DNA of 64,000 nt from an uncultured Actinomycetota bacterium (GCA_963829525.1 CAWHIJ010000003.1:2080001-2144000); one strand, 5' to 3'. Positions 18,157 through 29,088 are shown, counted from the stretch's first letter. Notes: generated by a model not told the origin, from the letters alone. Program-made: numbers and translations.

Positions 18157-18733
18157 TCAGGGAATCGCCACTCTGGTTTCGCAGGTGGTAGCGGTGTCAG
18201 TCCCGGTGCCCCCCGTCGCAAGTGTCGGTTCCCACACCACCCGTCAAGGCGTCGATACCGGCTTGGCCATACAGCTTGTCGTTGCCGCCCAAGCCGGAGA
18301 TGGTGTCGTTACCGTCCTGACCGGAGATCGTGTTGACTCCATCGGTTCCCGTTAGCTTGTCCGCACCAGGGGATCCGCTGATATTCTCCAGAAGGGACAG
18401 GGCGTCGGTGCCTTCACCGGTCGCGGTGCCGGTAGCCAGGTTCACGGTGACCGCAAGGGCCTTGCCGAAGTGGGCTGTGTCAAGACCTGCACCACCGTTG
18501 AGACGGTCGTTGCCAAGTCCGCCACCCATCGTGTCGTTCCCAGCGCCACCCAGGAGGTTGTCCGGGTTGCCCTGCCCCCAGATCCCGTCGTTGCCGCCGC
18601 CGCCGTTGAGAACGTTGGTGCCCCCGTTCCCGTCAAGCTTGTCAACGTAGGGCGAACTGACCAGGTTCTCGATGTCCTCCAGAGTGTCGGTGCCCTGACC
18701 AGTCGCCCTGCCGGTCGTGAGGTTCGCCGTCAC
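18157..18733 (-). pseudogene. RTX/hemolysin-type Ca-binding repeat protein, 5'-truncated, with a frameshift near the C-terminus
   Basis: GGxGxDxLx repeats; begins mid-repeat; removing one base of the C6 run at 18209-18214 restores CDGGTGTDTATTCETRVAIP-stop. Confidence 0.8.
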
Positions 18734-18809
18734 GCGACACGCCTTGGTGTCAAAACAAGTCAGGAATATGCCTCTGACCTGCGCAAATGTGATCTCAGCG
18801 CGAAAAGGC

Positions 18810-20234
18810 TTAGTCCAGGTAGTCGCGCAATACCTGCGAACGGCTCGGGTGACGCAGTTTGCTCATGGTCTTCGACTCGATCTGACGAATCCGCTCACGA
18901 GTGACGCCGTAGACCTTGCCGATCTCATCCAACGTCTTGGGCTGACCATCGGTCAGACCGAACCGCATCGAAACGACGCCTGCCTCGCGGTCCGACAGGG
19001 TGTCGAGCACCGCATGCAACTGCTCCTGCAACAAGGTGAACGAAACCGCGTCCGCGGGAACGACAGCTTCGGAGTCTTCAATGAGGTCACCGAACTCGCT
19101 GTCGCCGTCCTCGCCGAGCGGAGTGTGCAGCGAGATCGGCTCGCGACCGTACTTCTGCACCTCGACAACCTTTTCCGGCGTCATGTCGAGTTCTTTGGCG
19201 AGCTCTTCCGGAGTCGGCTCCCGGCCGAGATCCTGCAGCATCTGCCGCTGAACGCGGGCGAGCTTGTTGATGACCTCGACCATGTGCACCGGGATGCGAA
19301 TGGTGCGGGCCTGGTCCGCCATTGCACGTGTGATCGCCTGACGGATCCACCACGTTGCGTACGTCGAGAACTTATAGCCCTTTGTGTAGTCGAACTTCTC
19401 GACTGCACGGATGAGTCCGAGGTTGCCCTCCTGGATCAGGTCCAGGAAGAGCATGCCGCGTCCGGTGTAGCGCTTGGCCAGCGAGACGACCAAACGAAGG
19501 TTCGCTTCGAGCAGGTGGTCCTTGGCGCGACGACCATCTTCGGCGATCCACTCGAGCTCCCGGTGCATCTTGGCTGAGAGCTTCTTTGTGCCGTTGAGCT
19601 TCTCTTCGGCGAAGAGTCCGGCCTCGATGCGCTTGGCCAGCTCGACCTCCTGCTCGGCGTTGAGCAGGGCAACCTTTCCGATTTGCTTGAGATAGTCCTT
19701 GACCGGGTCAGCTGTGGCACCGGCAACGGTGACCTGCTGGACGGGCTCATCCGACTCATCTCGGTGTGAGATCACGAAGCCCTTCTCTTCAGGCTCCTTC
19801 TTCAACTCCTCAGCGATCTCTTCGTCGCTGACCGGCATGCCATCGTCGGCGACAGGGATCTCGACCGTCGCAGTCTCGGCAGCGGCGGCACCCTTCTTGG
19901 CGGCGATCTTCTTTGCCGGTGCCTCAGCCTTGGCGGGCGCAGCCTTCTTCGCGGAAGCGTCATTCTTAGCGGGAGCCTTGGCGGCCGACTTCTTCACCGC
20001 GACCGGCTTCTTGGCGGGAGCCTTGGTGGTCGGCTTCTTGGCTGGAGCGGCCTTCTTGGCCGTCGCCTTCGTTGAGGCAGGCTTCACTCCCGCCTTCACC
20101 GGGGCCTTCTTGGCGGGAGCCTTGGCGGCCGGCTTCTTGGGTGCCGAAGCCTTGCTCTTCGCAGCGGTCTTGGGTGCGGACTTCTTCGCAGGAGTCTTGG
20201 CGGCCTTGGTAGCAGTCTTGCGAGCAGCGCTCAT
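18810..20234 (-). CDS. sigA: Principal RNA polymerase sigma factor (HrdB/SigA/RpoD)
   Basis: [36 protein letters not shown] and TRERIRQIE; AKK-rich N-terminus. Confidence 0.97.
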   Translation of the reverse strand: MSAARKTATKAAKTPAKKSAPKTAAKSKASAPKKPAAKAPAKKAPVKAGVKPASTKATAKKAAPAKKPTTKAPAKKPVAVKKSAAKAPAKNDASAKKAAPAKAEAPAKKIAAKKGAAAAETATVEIPVADDGMPVSDEEIAEELKKEPEEKGFVISHRDESDEPVQQVTVAGATADPVKDYLKQIGKVALLNAEQEVELAKRIEAGLFAEEKLNGTKKLSAKMHRELEWIAEDGRRAKDHLLEANLRLVVSLAKRYTGRGMLFLDLIQEGNLGLIRAVEKFDYTKGYKFSTYATWWIRQAITRAMADQARTIRIPVHMVEVINKLARVQRQMLQDLGREPTPEELAKELDMTPEKVVEVQKYGREPISLHTPLGEDGDSEFGDLIEDSEAVVPADAVSFTLLQEQLHAVLDTLSDREAGVVSMRFGLTDGQPKTLDEIGKVYGVTRERIRQIESKTMSKLRHPSRSQVLRDYLD

Positions 20235-20422
20235 AGGAGCGGTTGCCTCCTTGCGGGATGCGGGCAGCCGTCATGCGGGCACGCGTAACGGGAGTATGCG
20301 GAGATCGGCTGCTGCGCCGAGGGGTGGAAGGCTGACCTGGGGATCGGCCCCGGAGTAGGCGCGGCAGTAGACATTGTAGTCAACGCCATCGGTGGTCTTG
20401 CTCTTCCCCCGCCGAGGTGGGG

Positions 20423-20830
20423 TCAGGCGTCTGCGCGCTTGACCGCGAGAACCGGGCAGGTGGCGTCCAACAGGACACGCTGCGCGTTGCTGCCCATGAT
20501 CAACTTCCCCACCGGGGTGCGCCTCCGGAGTCCGATCACGATCATCTCTGCGGAAACTTCCCCGGCAATCGCCACCAGGTCGTCGGCAGGGTCATTGCCA
20601 CGGATGAGCCCTCGGACGTCGTGCTCGATGCCTTCGGCATGGAGGCGGTCGTGGATGGCCTCCACTTGCTCGTTGGTGAGGGCCATCTCCTCGTAGTCGG
20701 CCGTCCGGCCGCCCCGCTGAGAGTTGACCACCAGCAGGTTGCTCCCCCGAAGCTTGGCCTCATCGACGGCGCGATCGAGGGCCGCCTCGCCCTCTGGGCT
20801 CGGCACGTAACCCACCACGATCGTCCCCAT
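20423..20830 (-). CDS. Universal stress protein
   Basis: IVVGY..., IVIGLRRRTPVGKLIMGS and CPVLAV motifs. Confidence 0.93.
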   Translation of the reverse strand: MGTIVVGYVPSPEGEAALDRAVDEAKLRGSNLLVVNSQRGGRTADYEEMALTNEQVEAIHDRLHAEGIEHDVRGLIRGNDPADDLVAIAGEVSAEMIVIGLRRRTPVGKLIMGSNAQRVLLDATCPVLAVKRADA

Positions 20831-20941
20831 GCAGACCTCCTCGACAGTCCAGGACTCCTGTGAACGCCGGGCCAAATGGTCCGACCTTCCAGACAGAGCC
20901 TGGCCGGACGCTACCCCACCTGCGGGCTATGGGCCAGGACC

Positions 20942-21838
20942 TCAGCCGATGACGAGCTCAGCCCTGGCCTCGACCACCGACACCGCTAAGGGGCCGACCG
21001 TCTGAACGACCGGGTCACCCCCAACCGGCCACGGCCCCATGCCATCGACGGTGAACCACGCCTCCCAGGTACTGCTCACCGAAACGGGGTAGCTGCCCGC
21101 ATGTGCATAAGGGTGGTTGACCGCCATCTCCGGCCAGGCACCACCCGGCTCGTCAGTCGTAAAGGCGTGGCCGTCCCCGAAGTCCCACGTCCACGTCGCC
21201 CGGCCGTCGAGGACGATGTCGAAGCCGACGAGCTGAAAGCGACGCTCTCCCAGCCTTGCTGGCTGACCCGACGCGAACACCGCTGGCAGCCCTATCAGGG
21301 TGCCTCCCTTCGGCTGAGACGTCGGCTGCAGCGGTGGGACGTTCTCAACCACGACGTCGGAAAGCTCACTGGCAACGTCGTCGATCGTCGTTGGCGCACC
21401 GCCAACCAGACAGACCAAACCGACCTCGCGCCAATCGATGTCGCCGGGTCGGAGGAGCAAGACGATCCGCCGGAACTCCCCCGGCGGGCAGGACGCAGCA
21501 GCCCCACCACACTCGACCCCACCAGCCTGGCCGTTGCCGCGGCACATCGGCAGCAGCGCCCAGCGGCACTCCGGACAGGTCGCTGCGTCCCTGCGGTCGG
21601 CGTCACTACCCGTAAAGCTGCCGGCCGGGAGCAACAGGCCACCCCTCCCGACGTATTGAGCCCCATCAGGGTCGGCAACCACATCGCAGTCGGCGCCAAC
21701 GCACGGCTGCACGCTGAAGGCCGGAGTCGACGGCAGCCAGGCCACCAACAGTCCGAGCACACCGCTGACAACGAGCAATGCACGCAACGGCGTCCGCCGC
21801 GTGCGTGGCCCCGCGGCAACAGGTCTCCCCCAGATCAT
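20942..21838 (-). CDS. Secreted Cys-rich PKD-domain protein
   Basis: Signal peptide; WTWDFGDG and HPYAHAGSYPV motifs. Confidence 0.8.
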   Translation of the reverse strand: MIWGRPVAAGPRTRRTPLRALLVVSGVLGLLVAWLPSTPAFSVQPCVGADCDVVADPDGAQYVGRGGLLLPAGSFTGSDADRRDAATCPECRWALLPMCRGNGQAGGVECGGAAASCPPGEFRRIVLLLRPGDIDWREVGLVCLVGGAPTTIDDVASELSDVVVENVPPLQPTSQPKGGTLIGLPAVFASGQPARLGERRFQLVGFDIVLDGRATWTWDFGDGHAFTTDEPGGAWPEMAVNHPYAHAGSYPVSVSSTWEAWFTVDGMGPWPVGGDPVVQTVGPLAVSVVEARAELVIG

Positions 21839-21954
21839 GGGCTGGAGGGTAGGGCGGTCACGCTATGCCGTGGGCCCAATCCACAGGCGGCGGACCCAAC
21901 TGGAGCAACCTGACTACCGAGAGCGCTCAGCCGCTCACGGCCGGCCGCCGGGCG

Positions 21955-22269
21955 TCACCTGCCGACGCGGCCATCCCCGGCACCGGGCAGGTCCTCTTCG
22001 TTGAAAAGGTCGAGTAGCTCGCCGACTCGATGACCGGCCTCATGCGGGTGTCTGAAGTGCTTTCCGGAGTTGACGGCATAGTGGTTTCGCCGTCCCCGCC
22101 GCTCGCGACTGATGTAGCCAGCCCCTTCGAGGTCAGCGACGATCATCTGCACCGAGCGCTCGGTGATACCAACCGACGCGGCGACGTCGCGAAGTCGTAC
22201 ATCGGGGTCGCTGGCGATGATGAGAAGCACCCGACCATGGTTGGTGAGGAGGGTCCATTGCTCAGCCAC
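21955..22269 (-). CDS. Winged helix-turn-helix protein
   Basis: WTLLTNHGRVL...GITERSVQ...RRGRRNHY family signature. Confidence 0.88.
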   Translation of the reverse strand: MAEQWTLLTNHGRVLLIIASDPDVRLRDVAASVGITERSVQMIVADLEGAGYISRERRGRRNHYAVNSGKHFRHPHEAGHRVGELLDLFNEEDLPGAGDGRVGR

Positions 22270-22332
22270 ACGCGAACGCTACCTCGCGAGATGCAGATCA
22301 GCCCAGAGGACGCGCATATCTCTCGCACTTGA

Positions 22333-23418
22333 TCACATGGCCGAGCGGGTCTTGCCCCAGGGTGATCGCTTGCGCTGGATCCGACGCCCAACGCGTCGGC
22401 AGTCCTCAGCGACTCCCGCAATGAACTCATGGGGGTTCATCCCACGCTGTTGTGCCTCGTCAAGCAGCCGCGCCATCGAGTAGTAGGGGTTGGCCGCTAG
22501 CGCCGCCTCGATCGCGATGTTGGCGCGCGCTCCGCTGCCTTCCGCCTGACACCAAAGGGCGTAGATGGTTGCGACGGGCGCCCGCCAGAGCGGTGGAGCG
22601 ACACGGACGAGGTCGCGCCAGGCCACCTCGACCTCGCGCTCGGGACGACTGGTGAGGAATCCGACCGTGGCGTCCCGGACGGCGATGTCCATCAACGCCC
22701 ACAGCACCCGCGCTGCCTGCTCTGGTGTCGGCAAGGCAGCCCCTCGGCGCGCGTCGCGGACGAAGCCACGCACCTCGGCCCAGTCCTCGGCACGCAGGAC
22801 AACTTCTGGTCGGTCGTCCTGGTCATCCCTCAGGGCGAGCAGCGCCTCGAGCACATCGGCCATGCGCTCCTGGTCAGGGTCGAGCTCGGCCTCGAGGTCG
22901 GCTCGCCCGGGAAGCGCGACCAACCCCTCGGCAACGGCGCCAGCTGCGAGCGCCCCCGCTCTCACCAACTCGGTCCCCTCAGGTGGGCAGCATGTGTCGT
23001 CCCGACAGCGGTAGGACCACCAGCGGCCGCCGCCAACGGCTAGCGCATCGACTTCCTTGAGCTCGTACTTGTCGAACACCCGCCGCAGTTCATCGCGATG
23101 GGCGCGGTGTGCCAGCGGGTGCCCGGCGATGGCGTCGTCATAGAGCGCGACCAGCACACCGGTCGCACCGGCGGCCGCCGCCGAGTGACAAAGCGGCTCA
23201 GCGCACTCAGGCGGAGCATCGAGGTCGTACCGGGCGCTGACCACCACAGCCTTGCCGCGCATGGCGACAATCACGACGCTGTGTTCGGGATGGAACCCCA
23301 GCAGGTACGGGATCACCTGCAAGATCTCCGAGGGCCCGCTGGCCCGCAGAGTGGGGCGGGACTCAAGTGACAGCTTGGACGCGTGGGCCGGGACTCCGGC
23401 CGGAAGTGGAAGGCTCAT
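22333..23418 (-). CDS. DUF4192 domain protein
   Basis: IPYLLGFHPEHS, WSYRC...CCPPEG and VRD motifs; usual neighbour of hrdB. Confidence 0.88.
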   Translation of the reverse strand: MSLPLPAGVPAHASKLSLESRPTLRASGPSEILQVIPYLLGFHPEHSVVIVAMRGKAVVVSARYDLDAPPECAEPLCHSAAAAGATGVLVALYDDAIAGHPLAHRAHRDELRRVFDKYELKEVDALAVGGGRWWSYRCRDDTCCPPEGTELVRAGALAAGAVAEGLVALPGRADLEAELDPDQERMADVLEALLALRDDQDDRPEVVLRAEDWAEVRGFVRDARRGAALPTPEQAARVLWALMDIAVRDATVGFLTSRPEREVEVAWRDLVRVAPPLWRAPVATIYALWCQAEGSGARANIAIEAALAANPYYSMARLLDEAQQRGMNPHEFIAGVAEDCRRVGRRIQRKRSPWGKTRSAM

Positions 23419-23471
23419 GCGCCAGACCGTGCCGTGGGTGAAGGCGACCAGCAGGGCTGAGGCAGCGATCT

Positions 23472-24299
23472 GTGGACAACTTGACTCCTCACAGTCTCGG
23501 GAAAACCCGCCAGAAAGCGGCGTCTCGTCTGGCCGTCGGGGGCAAGGCAGCGCATGCTGATCCGGTGGAGTCACAACCGGCACCCCCCGAAACCGACGTA
23601 GGACGCCCCTACGGGCGCCGCATCGTGCTGTCGGTCGTCGGGATCGGCGCTGTCGGTTTCGCGCTCGGCGGCCCACTGCAGAACGCCATCGACGCCGTCC
23701 TCTCCCCTGTGCGCCGGGCCGACCCAACGGGGCTGACCTCGCTGGTTCCGGGTGAGGGCGGTTGGCGCTACTACTCGGTTACCGCGCAGCAACCCGACCT
23801 GACAACCGATGACTACACACTGCGCGTCGACGGCTTGGTCGACCGACCAGCAACGCTCACCTGGGATGACCTCGCCGACCTGCCGCAGACCAATTGGACG
23901 CGCGACTTCCAGTGCGTCACCGGGTGGCGCGTCGACGACGCGGCCTGGCAGGGAGTCGAGGTACGAGCCATCCTCGACACCGTCGGCGTCCAGGGTTCAG
24001 CCCAAGCGGTCACGTTCTACTCCCACGACGGGACGTACACCGAGTCGCTCACCCTCGATCAGATCGAACGGGACGAGGTGATGGTCGCCACGCACCTGGA
24101 CGGCGAAGTGATCAGCCGCGACCACGGCGGCCCGGTGCGTCTACTGGTCGTCCCGATGTATGGGTACAAGTCGCTGAAGTGGCTGAGTCGTATCGAGCTG
24201 GTCGACGCTGTCGACCCCGGCTATTGGGAGGAGCGCGGTTATGACGTCGACGCCTATGTCGGATCGTCCAACGGACGCAACGACGACCCGATCACCTGA
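23472..24299 (+). CDS. Molybdopterin-dependent oxidoreductase (sulfite oxidase/MsrP-like)
   Basis: FQCVTGW, HGGPVRL, YGYKSLKW and GYWEERGY motifs; start uncertain. Confidence 0.88.
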   Translation: MDNLTPHSLGKTRQKAASRLAVGGKAAHADPVESQPAPPETDVGRPYGRRIVLSVVGIGAVGFALGGPLQNAIDAVLSPVRRADPTGLTSLVPGEGGWRYYSVTAQQPDLTTDDYTLRVDGLVDRPATLTWDDLADLPQTNWTRDFQCVTGWRVDDAAWQGVEVRAILDTVGVQGSAQAVTFYSHDGTYTESLTLDQIERDEVMVATHLDGEVISRDHGGPVRLLVVPMYGYKSLKWLSRIELVDAVDPGYWEERGYDVDAYVGSSNGRNDDPIT

Positions 24300-24846
24300 C
24301 ACACGCTTCTCGACGACCGAAGTTGTGGTCCACGCTGCGTTCGCGCTGCTAATCGCCGTGGGAATCGTCACCGCAGCGATCATGTGGATCGACCCCTTGG
24401 CCATCGCGGTCGGCCGCCGCGACCTCGTGCGCACGGTCCACGTCACAGCTGGTCTCCTCGCTCCGCTCCCGCTCGCCCTCGGTCTGCTGTCCGCACGCTT
24501 TCGTTCTGACGTCGCTCGGCTCGAACGGTGGACGGACTCCGACGTCGAGTGGCTCCGCTCCAAAGACCGACGGAGCGGCCGCATCCCCGTGCAACGGTTC
24601 AATGCGGGGCAGAAGCTCAACGCTGCGCTCACGATCGGAGCGGTTATCGTCCTGCTCGGAACCGGGACCGTCATGGGCGGTTGGCTTTGGTCGTGGCCAA
24701 CGGCAGCACGCACCGACGCCACCTGGGTGCACGACTGGACGGCTTTCGCCCTCACGGCAGCAGTCATTGGGCACGTGGTCTTCGCGCTGCGTTACCGACG
24801 GGGCGATGCACCCCGTTCATCTGCCATGGCCCGAACCCTCCAGTGA
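24256..24846 (+). CDS. Cytochrome b/b6 domain membrane partner
   Basis: Four His-bearing TM helices, FNAGQK motif; start uncertain. Confidence 0.85.
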   Translation: MSDRPTDATTTRSPDTRFSTTEVVVHAAFALLIAVGIVTAAIMWIDPLAIAVGRRDLVRTVHVTAGLLAPLPLALGLLSARFRSDVARLERWTDSDVEWLRSKDRRSGRIPVQRFNAGQKLNAALTIGAVIVLLGTGTVMGGWLWSWPTAARTDATWVHDWTAFALTAAVIGHVVFALRYRRGDAPRSSAMARTLQ

Positions 24847-26409
24847 CTCCCAAGCACGGACGGCCAGCTCGAGGCGGAGCCGGGTCTCGGGGTTGCCCAG
24901 GTCGCGCCCAAGAATCTGGGTGATCCGCTCAACGCGGTAGTAGATGGTGCGCCGCTCGACACCGAGCCGCTGAGCTGCCGCGGTCTTTGAGCCGTTCTCG
25001 GCCAGCAGCGCCCGCAGCGTCAGCACGAGACTGGATCCGTGCGCGCGGTCGTAGTCCAGCAGCGGACCGAGCTCAGCCTCGAAGAAGCGACCCAGCTCGG
25101 GTCCCTCCGCCAGCCGATCGAGCAGCACCGAGAGACCGAGGTCTTCGTAAGGCACAACAGCCCCGGTGCCGCCTCCAGGCAGCCGCTCGGCCGCGTGCCG
25201 GACTGCGTCGACCGCTTGGCGGTAAGCACGCAGTACGTCGTGATCGTCAACCATCCTGCTGAACCCCGCGCGGCAGCTGGGATGGCTGATATCGGAGCAC
25301 AGCTGGGCGGGATCGACGGTCACCGGAACGGCAACTACCGCAACCACTCGCTCCCCGTCAGGAGCCACCAGCGCCCGACAGCCAGACGCATCCAGCGTCT
25401 TCGCGGTTCGGGTAGTAGCCGAGTCGCGCACACGTTCGCGAGCACGCGCACCTCCTTTCGGAAGCGGCAACGGTTCGACGACCAGGACGCGAAGGGGATC
25501 ACGTCCCAAGTCGATGTCGAGCGCGCGGGCTCGACGCCGCAGCTCGCGTCCAGAGGTGATGCGTTCCATGACCAGATCATTGATCAGCGCCGCCCGCGCA
25601 GTCTCGGTGATCAGGCTCGCTTCACGTTCGACCAGGAGCGCCAAAGCCACAGCCACGGTCGCACGGTCGACTGCCACAGCCTCAACCCGGCCAGGCTCGT
25701 TCCCGCAGTACACGCGCAACGTTCCCCAGCGCTCACCCCGGACGACGACATTCTGTTCGAGCAACTGACCGTTCTCACGCTTGACGCCCTCACGCACAGT
25801 CTCAACTCCGGTCGCGTCGGTGAGAACCACCGACCCGTCAACGATGTCAGCGAGCTTGCTGAGTATCTCGGTGATGTCGCCGCTGCTCACGACGAGATCG
25901 GTGAACGTCCTGGAGATTTCGTCGATCTTCTCCAGAGCCGCGATGTGCGCGGCGATCTCAGCCTCGGCGCGTTTTTGAGCAGTGATGTCTAGGAGTACGC
26001 CAGGCGAAAACCGGCGTCCATCCACCTCGACCGCCGACACCCGCTCCTCGATCCACACCGTCTCGCCCGTGTCCGGGCGGACGTATCGCCACTCCTGACG
26101 TCCGCCTCCCTTCTCCATGAGCCGGAAGGTGCCCTCGTAGGCACGGTCCCGATCCTCGGGATGAACGTGGTGGAAGGTTTGGTCGAAGTGAGGGTTGGCG
26201 ACATCCTCACGCTGCAACCCGAGAACCTGCTTGACCTGGGGGCCGATGTAGAGGGTTATCTGCTCGTCGGGTACATCGATGTAGGGAACGACCGGCATCG
26301 ACTCGAGGAGCATGGTGATGAGCTCCCATGCTTCGGGGCCGTCCCCGAGGGCCTGGGAGAGCGGCTCTGATGTGTGGGTTCTGGGTTCGGCAGCATCGCG
26401 ATCAGGCAC
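24817..26409 (-). CDS. PucR/CdaR family regulator with N-terminal PAS domain
   Basis: VHPEDRD PAS_3 motif; LGPLLDYD...TLR...RTIYYRVERI HTH. Confidence 0.87.
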   Translation of the reverse strand: MPDRDAAEPRTHTSEPLSQALGDGPEAWELITMLLESMPVVPYIDVPDEQITLYIGPQVKQVLGLQREDVANPHFDQTFHHVHPEDRDRAYEGTFRLMEKGGGRQEWRYVRPDTGETVWIEERVSAVEVDGRRFSPGVLLDITAQKRAEAEIAAHIAALEKIDEISRTFTDLVVSSGDITEILSKLADIVDGSVVLTDATGVETVREGVKRENGQLLEQNVVVRGERWGTLRVYCGNEPGRVEAVAVDRATVAVALALLVEREASLITETARAALINDLVMERITSGRELRRRARALDIDLGRDPLRVLVVEPLPLPKGGARARERVRDSATTRTAKTLDASGCRALVAPDGERVVAVVAVPVTVDPAQLCSDISHPSCRAGFSRMVDDHDVLRAYRQAVDAVRHAAERLPGGGTGAVVPYEDLGLSVLLDRLAEGPELGRFFEAELGPLLDYDRAHGSSLVLTLRALLAENGSKTAAAQRLGVERRTIYYRVERITQILGRDLGNPETRLRLELAVRAWESLEGSGHGR

Positions 26410-26585
26410 CTGCCACCTCCCAGCAACGAAGTCTTCACCCTGCAGTTCACTCTGTGCAGCGAACTTTCACATTCTGCGGCCCCACGGTCATGGGTGGAAT
26501 GTTTTTCGGTAACAGTCGGGAGTCGGTTGCCGCCCAACCCGACCCCGGGTGCAGGGTGGGAAATGGGGTTGGGCAGGATGCCCAC

Positions 26586-27230
26586 ATGCGGCTGGATCAC
26601 CTCTCATACGCAGCACCGACCGACCACCTCGCCGACGTCGTCCAGCGGTTGGGATCGCGGCTCGGTGCCGGATTCACCGATGGCGGTGTCCACCCCCGAT
26701 TCGGCACCCGCAACTTCGTCCTTCCCCTCGCCGGCGGTGCCTACCTCGAGGTCGTAGCGGCCCTGGACCACCCGGCAGCTGACTCCGCTCCCTTCGGGCG
26801 TGCCGTCAAGGCGCGCTCCGTCGACGGTGGCGGGTGGCTGGGCTGGGTCGTCGAGGTGCCGGAGATGGCAACCGTCGAGAGTCGCCTCGGCCGCGAAGCG
26901 GTCGAGGGTCACCGTCGTCGCCCAGACGGCTACGACCTGCGCTGGAAGCAGATCGGCGTCAACGAACTGCTCGGAGACCCGCAGCTTCCATACTTCATCC
27001 ACTGGGAGTGCGAGCCCGAGCAGCGCCCCGGCTACGGCAACGGAACAGATCTCCGCATCACCAAACTCGAGATCGCCGGGGACTCCGGAGTCGTCACCGA
27101 TTGGCTCGGCTCGCTCAACGGCGACCCTCTCGACGACGTTGAGGTCGAGTGGGTGACGCCGACCGACGACACTGAAGGTCTGGTTGCCGCACACTTCGCG
27201 ACTCCGAACGGCATCGTCCGCGTCGACTAG
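26586..27230 (+). CDS. VOC family protein (Glyoxalase_3)
   Basis: RLDHLSYA, GGVHPRFGTRN and PYFIHW motifs. Confidence 0.9.
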   Translation: MRLDHLSYAAPTDHLADVVQRLGSRLGAGFTDGGVHPRFGTRNFVLPLAGGAYLEVVAALDHPAADSAPFGRAVKARSVDGGGWLGWVVEVPEMATVESRLGREAVEGHRRRPDGYDLRWKQIGVNELLGDPQLPYFIHWECEPEQRPGYGNGTDLRITKLEIAGDSGVVTDWLGSLNGDPLDDVEVEWVTPTDDTEGLVAAHFATPNGIVRVD

Positions 27231-27275
27231 TGAGCTTGCCCAACCGCGACTTCAGTGCAACGAGTCCAACCCCCG

Positions 27276-27545
27276 TCACGCCTTTTCGACGAACCAGACC
27301 TCTGGGTGTCCGGACACGCCAAGCGCGGCCATCGCAGCCTTGAGTTCGTCAGATCCGGCGAACGCCTGCGCAGCGTCGATCGAGTCGAAGTCATGGACGA
27401 CCGTGAGGTTGTTCCCATCGTCTACTGAGCGGTAGACCGTGTCAGACCGAACTCCCCCGCTGGTCCGAACACTTACGTTCTCGTCATAGCCCTGGCGCCA
27501 CTTGGCGTAGTCCTGGACGTCGTGTCGGACGAAGAGTGTGACCAT
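27276..27545 (-). CDS. Small dimeric alpha-beta barrel (cyclase/ABM-like) protein
   Basis: VRHDVQDYAKWRQGYD...ELKAAMAALGVSG; AGGAG RBS. Confidence 0.8.
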   Translation of the reverse strand: MVTLFVRHDVQDYAKWRQGYDENVSVRTSGGVRSDTVYRSVDDGNNLTVVHDFDSIDAAQAFAGSDELKAAMAALGVSGHPEVWFVEKA

Positions 27546-27649
27546 GGGGCGGCTCCTGAGGGGCTCAGCTTGTCCTCGATGTGGTGACCGGAGTCTCCTC
27601 GCACGGGGCAACGACCACAACCCCTGCGGATCTGGCCTACCGTTCGGGT

Positions 27650-27862
27650 ATGTGCCGGAGCATCAAGACCCTTCGCCCACCCTTCATCGACGCCGCGACT
27701 GAGGCCGACGTTCAAGCTGCGGCCCTGCAGTACGTGCGCAAGGTGTCAGGGTTTCGCGCCCCTGCCGCGCACAACCGCGAGGCCTTCGACCACGCCGTCA
27801 GCGAGGTGTCCGCAGCAACCGCGAACCTGTTGGCTGCACTAGAGGTCCGCGGCCAACGCTGA
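27650..27862 (+). CDS. DUF2277 family protein
   Basis: MCRSIKTL...AALQYVRKVSG. Confidence 0.88.
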   Translation: MCRSIKTLRPPFIDAATEADVQAAALQYVRKVSGFRAPAAHNREAFDHAVSEVSAATANLLAALEVRGQR

Positions 27863-27866
27863 ACCC

Positions 27867-28988
27867 TCAGAGCAGCCCAGGGTTCGGCAACAGCAGCTGT
27901 CGAAGTACCGACCCGGACGCCAGGTCGTCCAGTGCTGCTCCCGCCTCGTTCAGTGGACGTCGCGCCGAGATCATCGCGTCGAGATCGAGCTCGCCGCTCA
28001 TGTACCGGTCGACGAGGTCAGGGATGTCGCGATGCGGAACGCACGACCCGTAGTTCGACCCGAGGATGCGCTGCTCTGACTCGGCGAGGCTGAGGGGGTC
28101 GAATGTCGCCGATTGCCCTGCCGGTGGCAGCCCTACCACGACGGCTGCGCCGCCGATGCCGAGTGCGGCGATGGCCTGCTGAGTCGTCGCGATCGCCCCA
28201 ATGGCGTCGAAGATGAAGTCGAGGCCCTCGGGCACCAGTCGGGCCAGCTGCTCGACAACGTCGCCTGACCGACCATCGACGACATCGGTGGCCCCGAGCT
28301 TTGCAGCGATCTCGAGCTTGGCCGGCACCAGGTCGACGGCAACGATGCGGCTGGCCCCGACCATGCGTGCCCCTTGGACACAGGAAAGACCCACCCCGCC
28401 GCAGCCAATCACGGCCACCGTGGCACCCGCCGGCACCTGAGCAGTGCTGCGGACCGCCCCCACCCCCGTAGCCACCGCGCAGCCCACGATCGCGATCACG
28501 TCGAGCGGCGCGTCCGCGCGCACCTTGATGGCACCGGACTCGGGGACGATCGCCCGCTCGGCGTAGGAGGAAACGCCCAGGTAGTGGAAGCAATCCTCCC
28601 CGTCGATCGAGAGGCGCGGCGTACCGTCGAAGAGCGTGCCACCAGCGGCGATGACCTCCAGGGAGGTCCTGCACTGAGTTACTCGGCCCAGCCTGCAGTA
28701 ACGGCACTCTCCGCACGAGGGAACCCAGGAGAGCACCACGTGGTCCCCCACCGCTACGTCGGTGACGCCCTGTCCAATCGCGGTGACGACCCCAGAGCCT
28801 TCATGCCCCAACACCACGGGCGTGCGGTGCTCCCACTCACCACGCACCATGTGCAGGTCGCTGTGACAGACCCCAGCCGCAGCGATCGCCACCTCCACTT
28901 CGCGCGGGCCAGGGAGAGCGAGTTCAACTGGGCGAACGTCGATGGGCTGGCCTGCGCCACGAAAGACCGCGGCTGTGATGGTGGTCAT
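27867..28988 (-). CDS. Zn-dependent alcohol dehydrogenase
   Basis: CHSD, GHEG, CxxCxxC and GCGGVG motifs. Confidence 0.93.
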   Translation of the reverse strand: MTTITAAVFRGAGQPIDVRPVELALPGPREVEVAIAAAGVCHSDLHMVRGEWEHRTPVVLGHEGSGVVTAIGQGVTDVAVGDHVVLSWVPSCGECRYCRLGRVTQCRTSLEVIAAGGTLFDGTPRLSIDGEDCFHYLGVSSYAERAIVPESGAIKVRADAPLDVIAIVGCAVATGVGAVRSTAQVPAGATVAVIGCGGVGLSCVQGARMVGASRIVAVDLVPAKLEIAAKLGATDVVDGRSGDVVEQLARLVPEGLDFIFDAIGAIATTQQAIAALGIGGAAVVVGLPPAGQSATFDPLSLAESEQRILGSNYGSCVPHRDIPDLVDRYMSGELDLDAMISARRPLNEAGAALDDLASGSVLRQLLLPNPGLL

Positions 28989-29088
28989 CGGCCCTGCCTA
29001 CCTCACGTGGGGGACCTGCGGCAATGGTCTGCTCCCCCGAATGTCACTAACGTGAAGGTCCACGACGTGGCGAACGGTGGAGGACTCG

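Noticed and set aside
19880-20234. Repetitive AKK-rich stretch resembling a tandem repeat or histone-like gene
   Set aside because: It is the ordinary low-complexity N-terminus of actinobacterial HrdB/SigA
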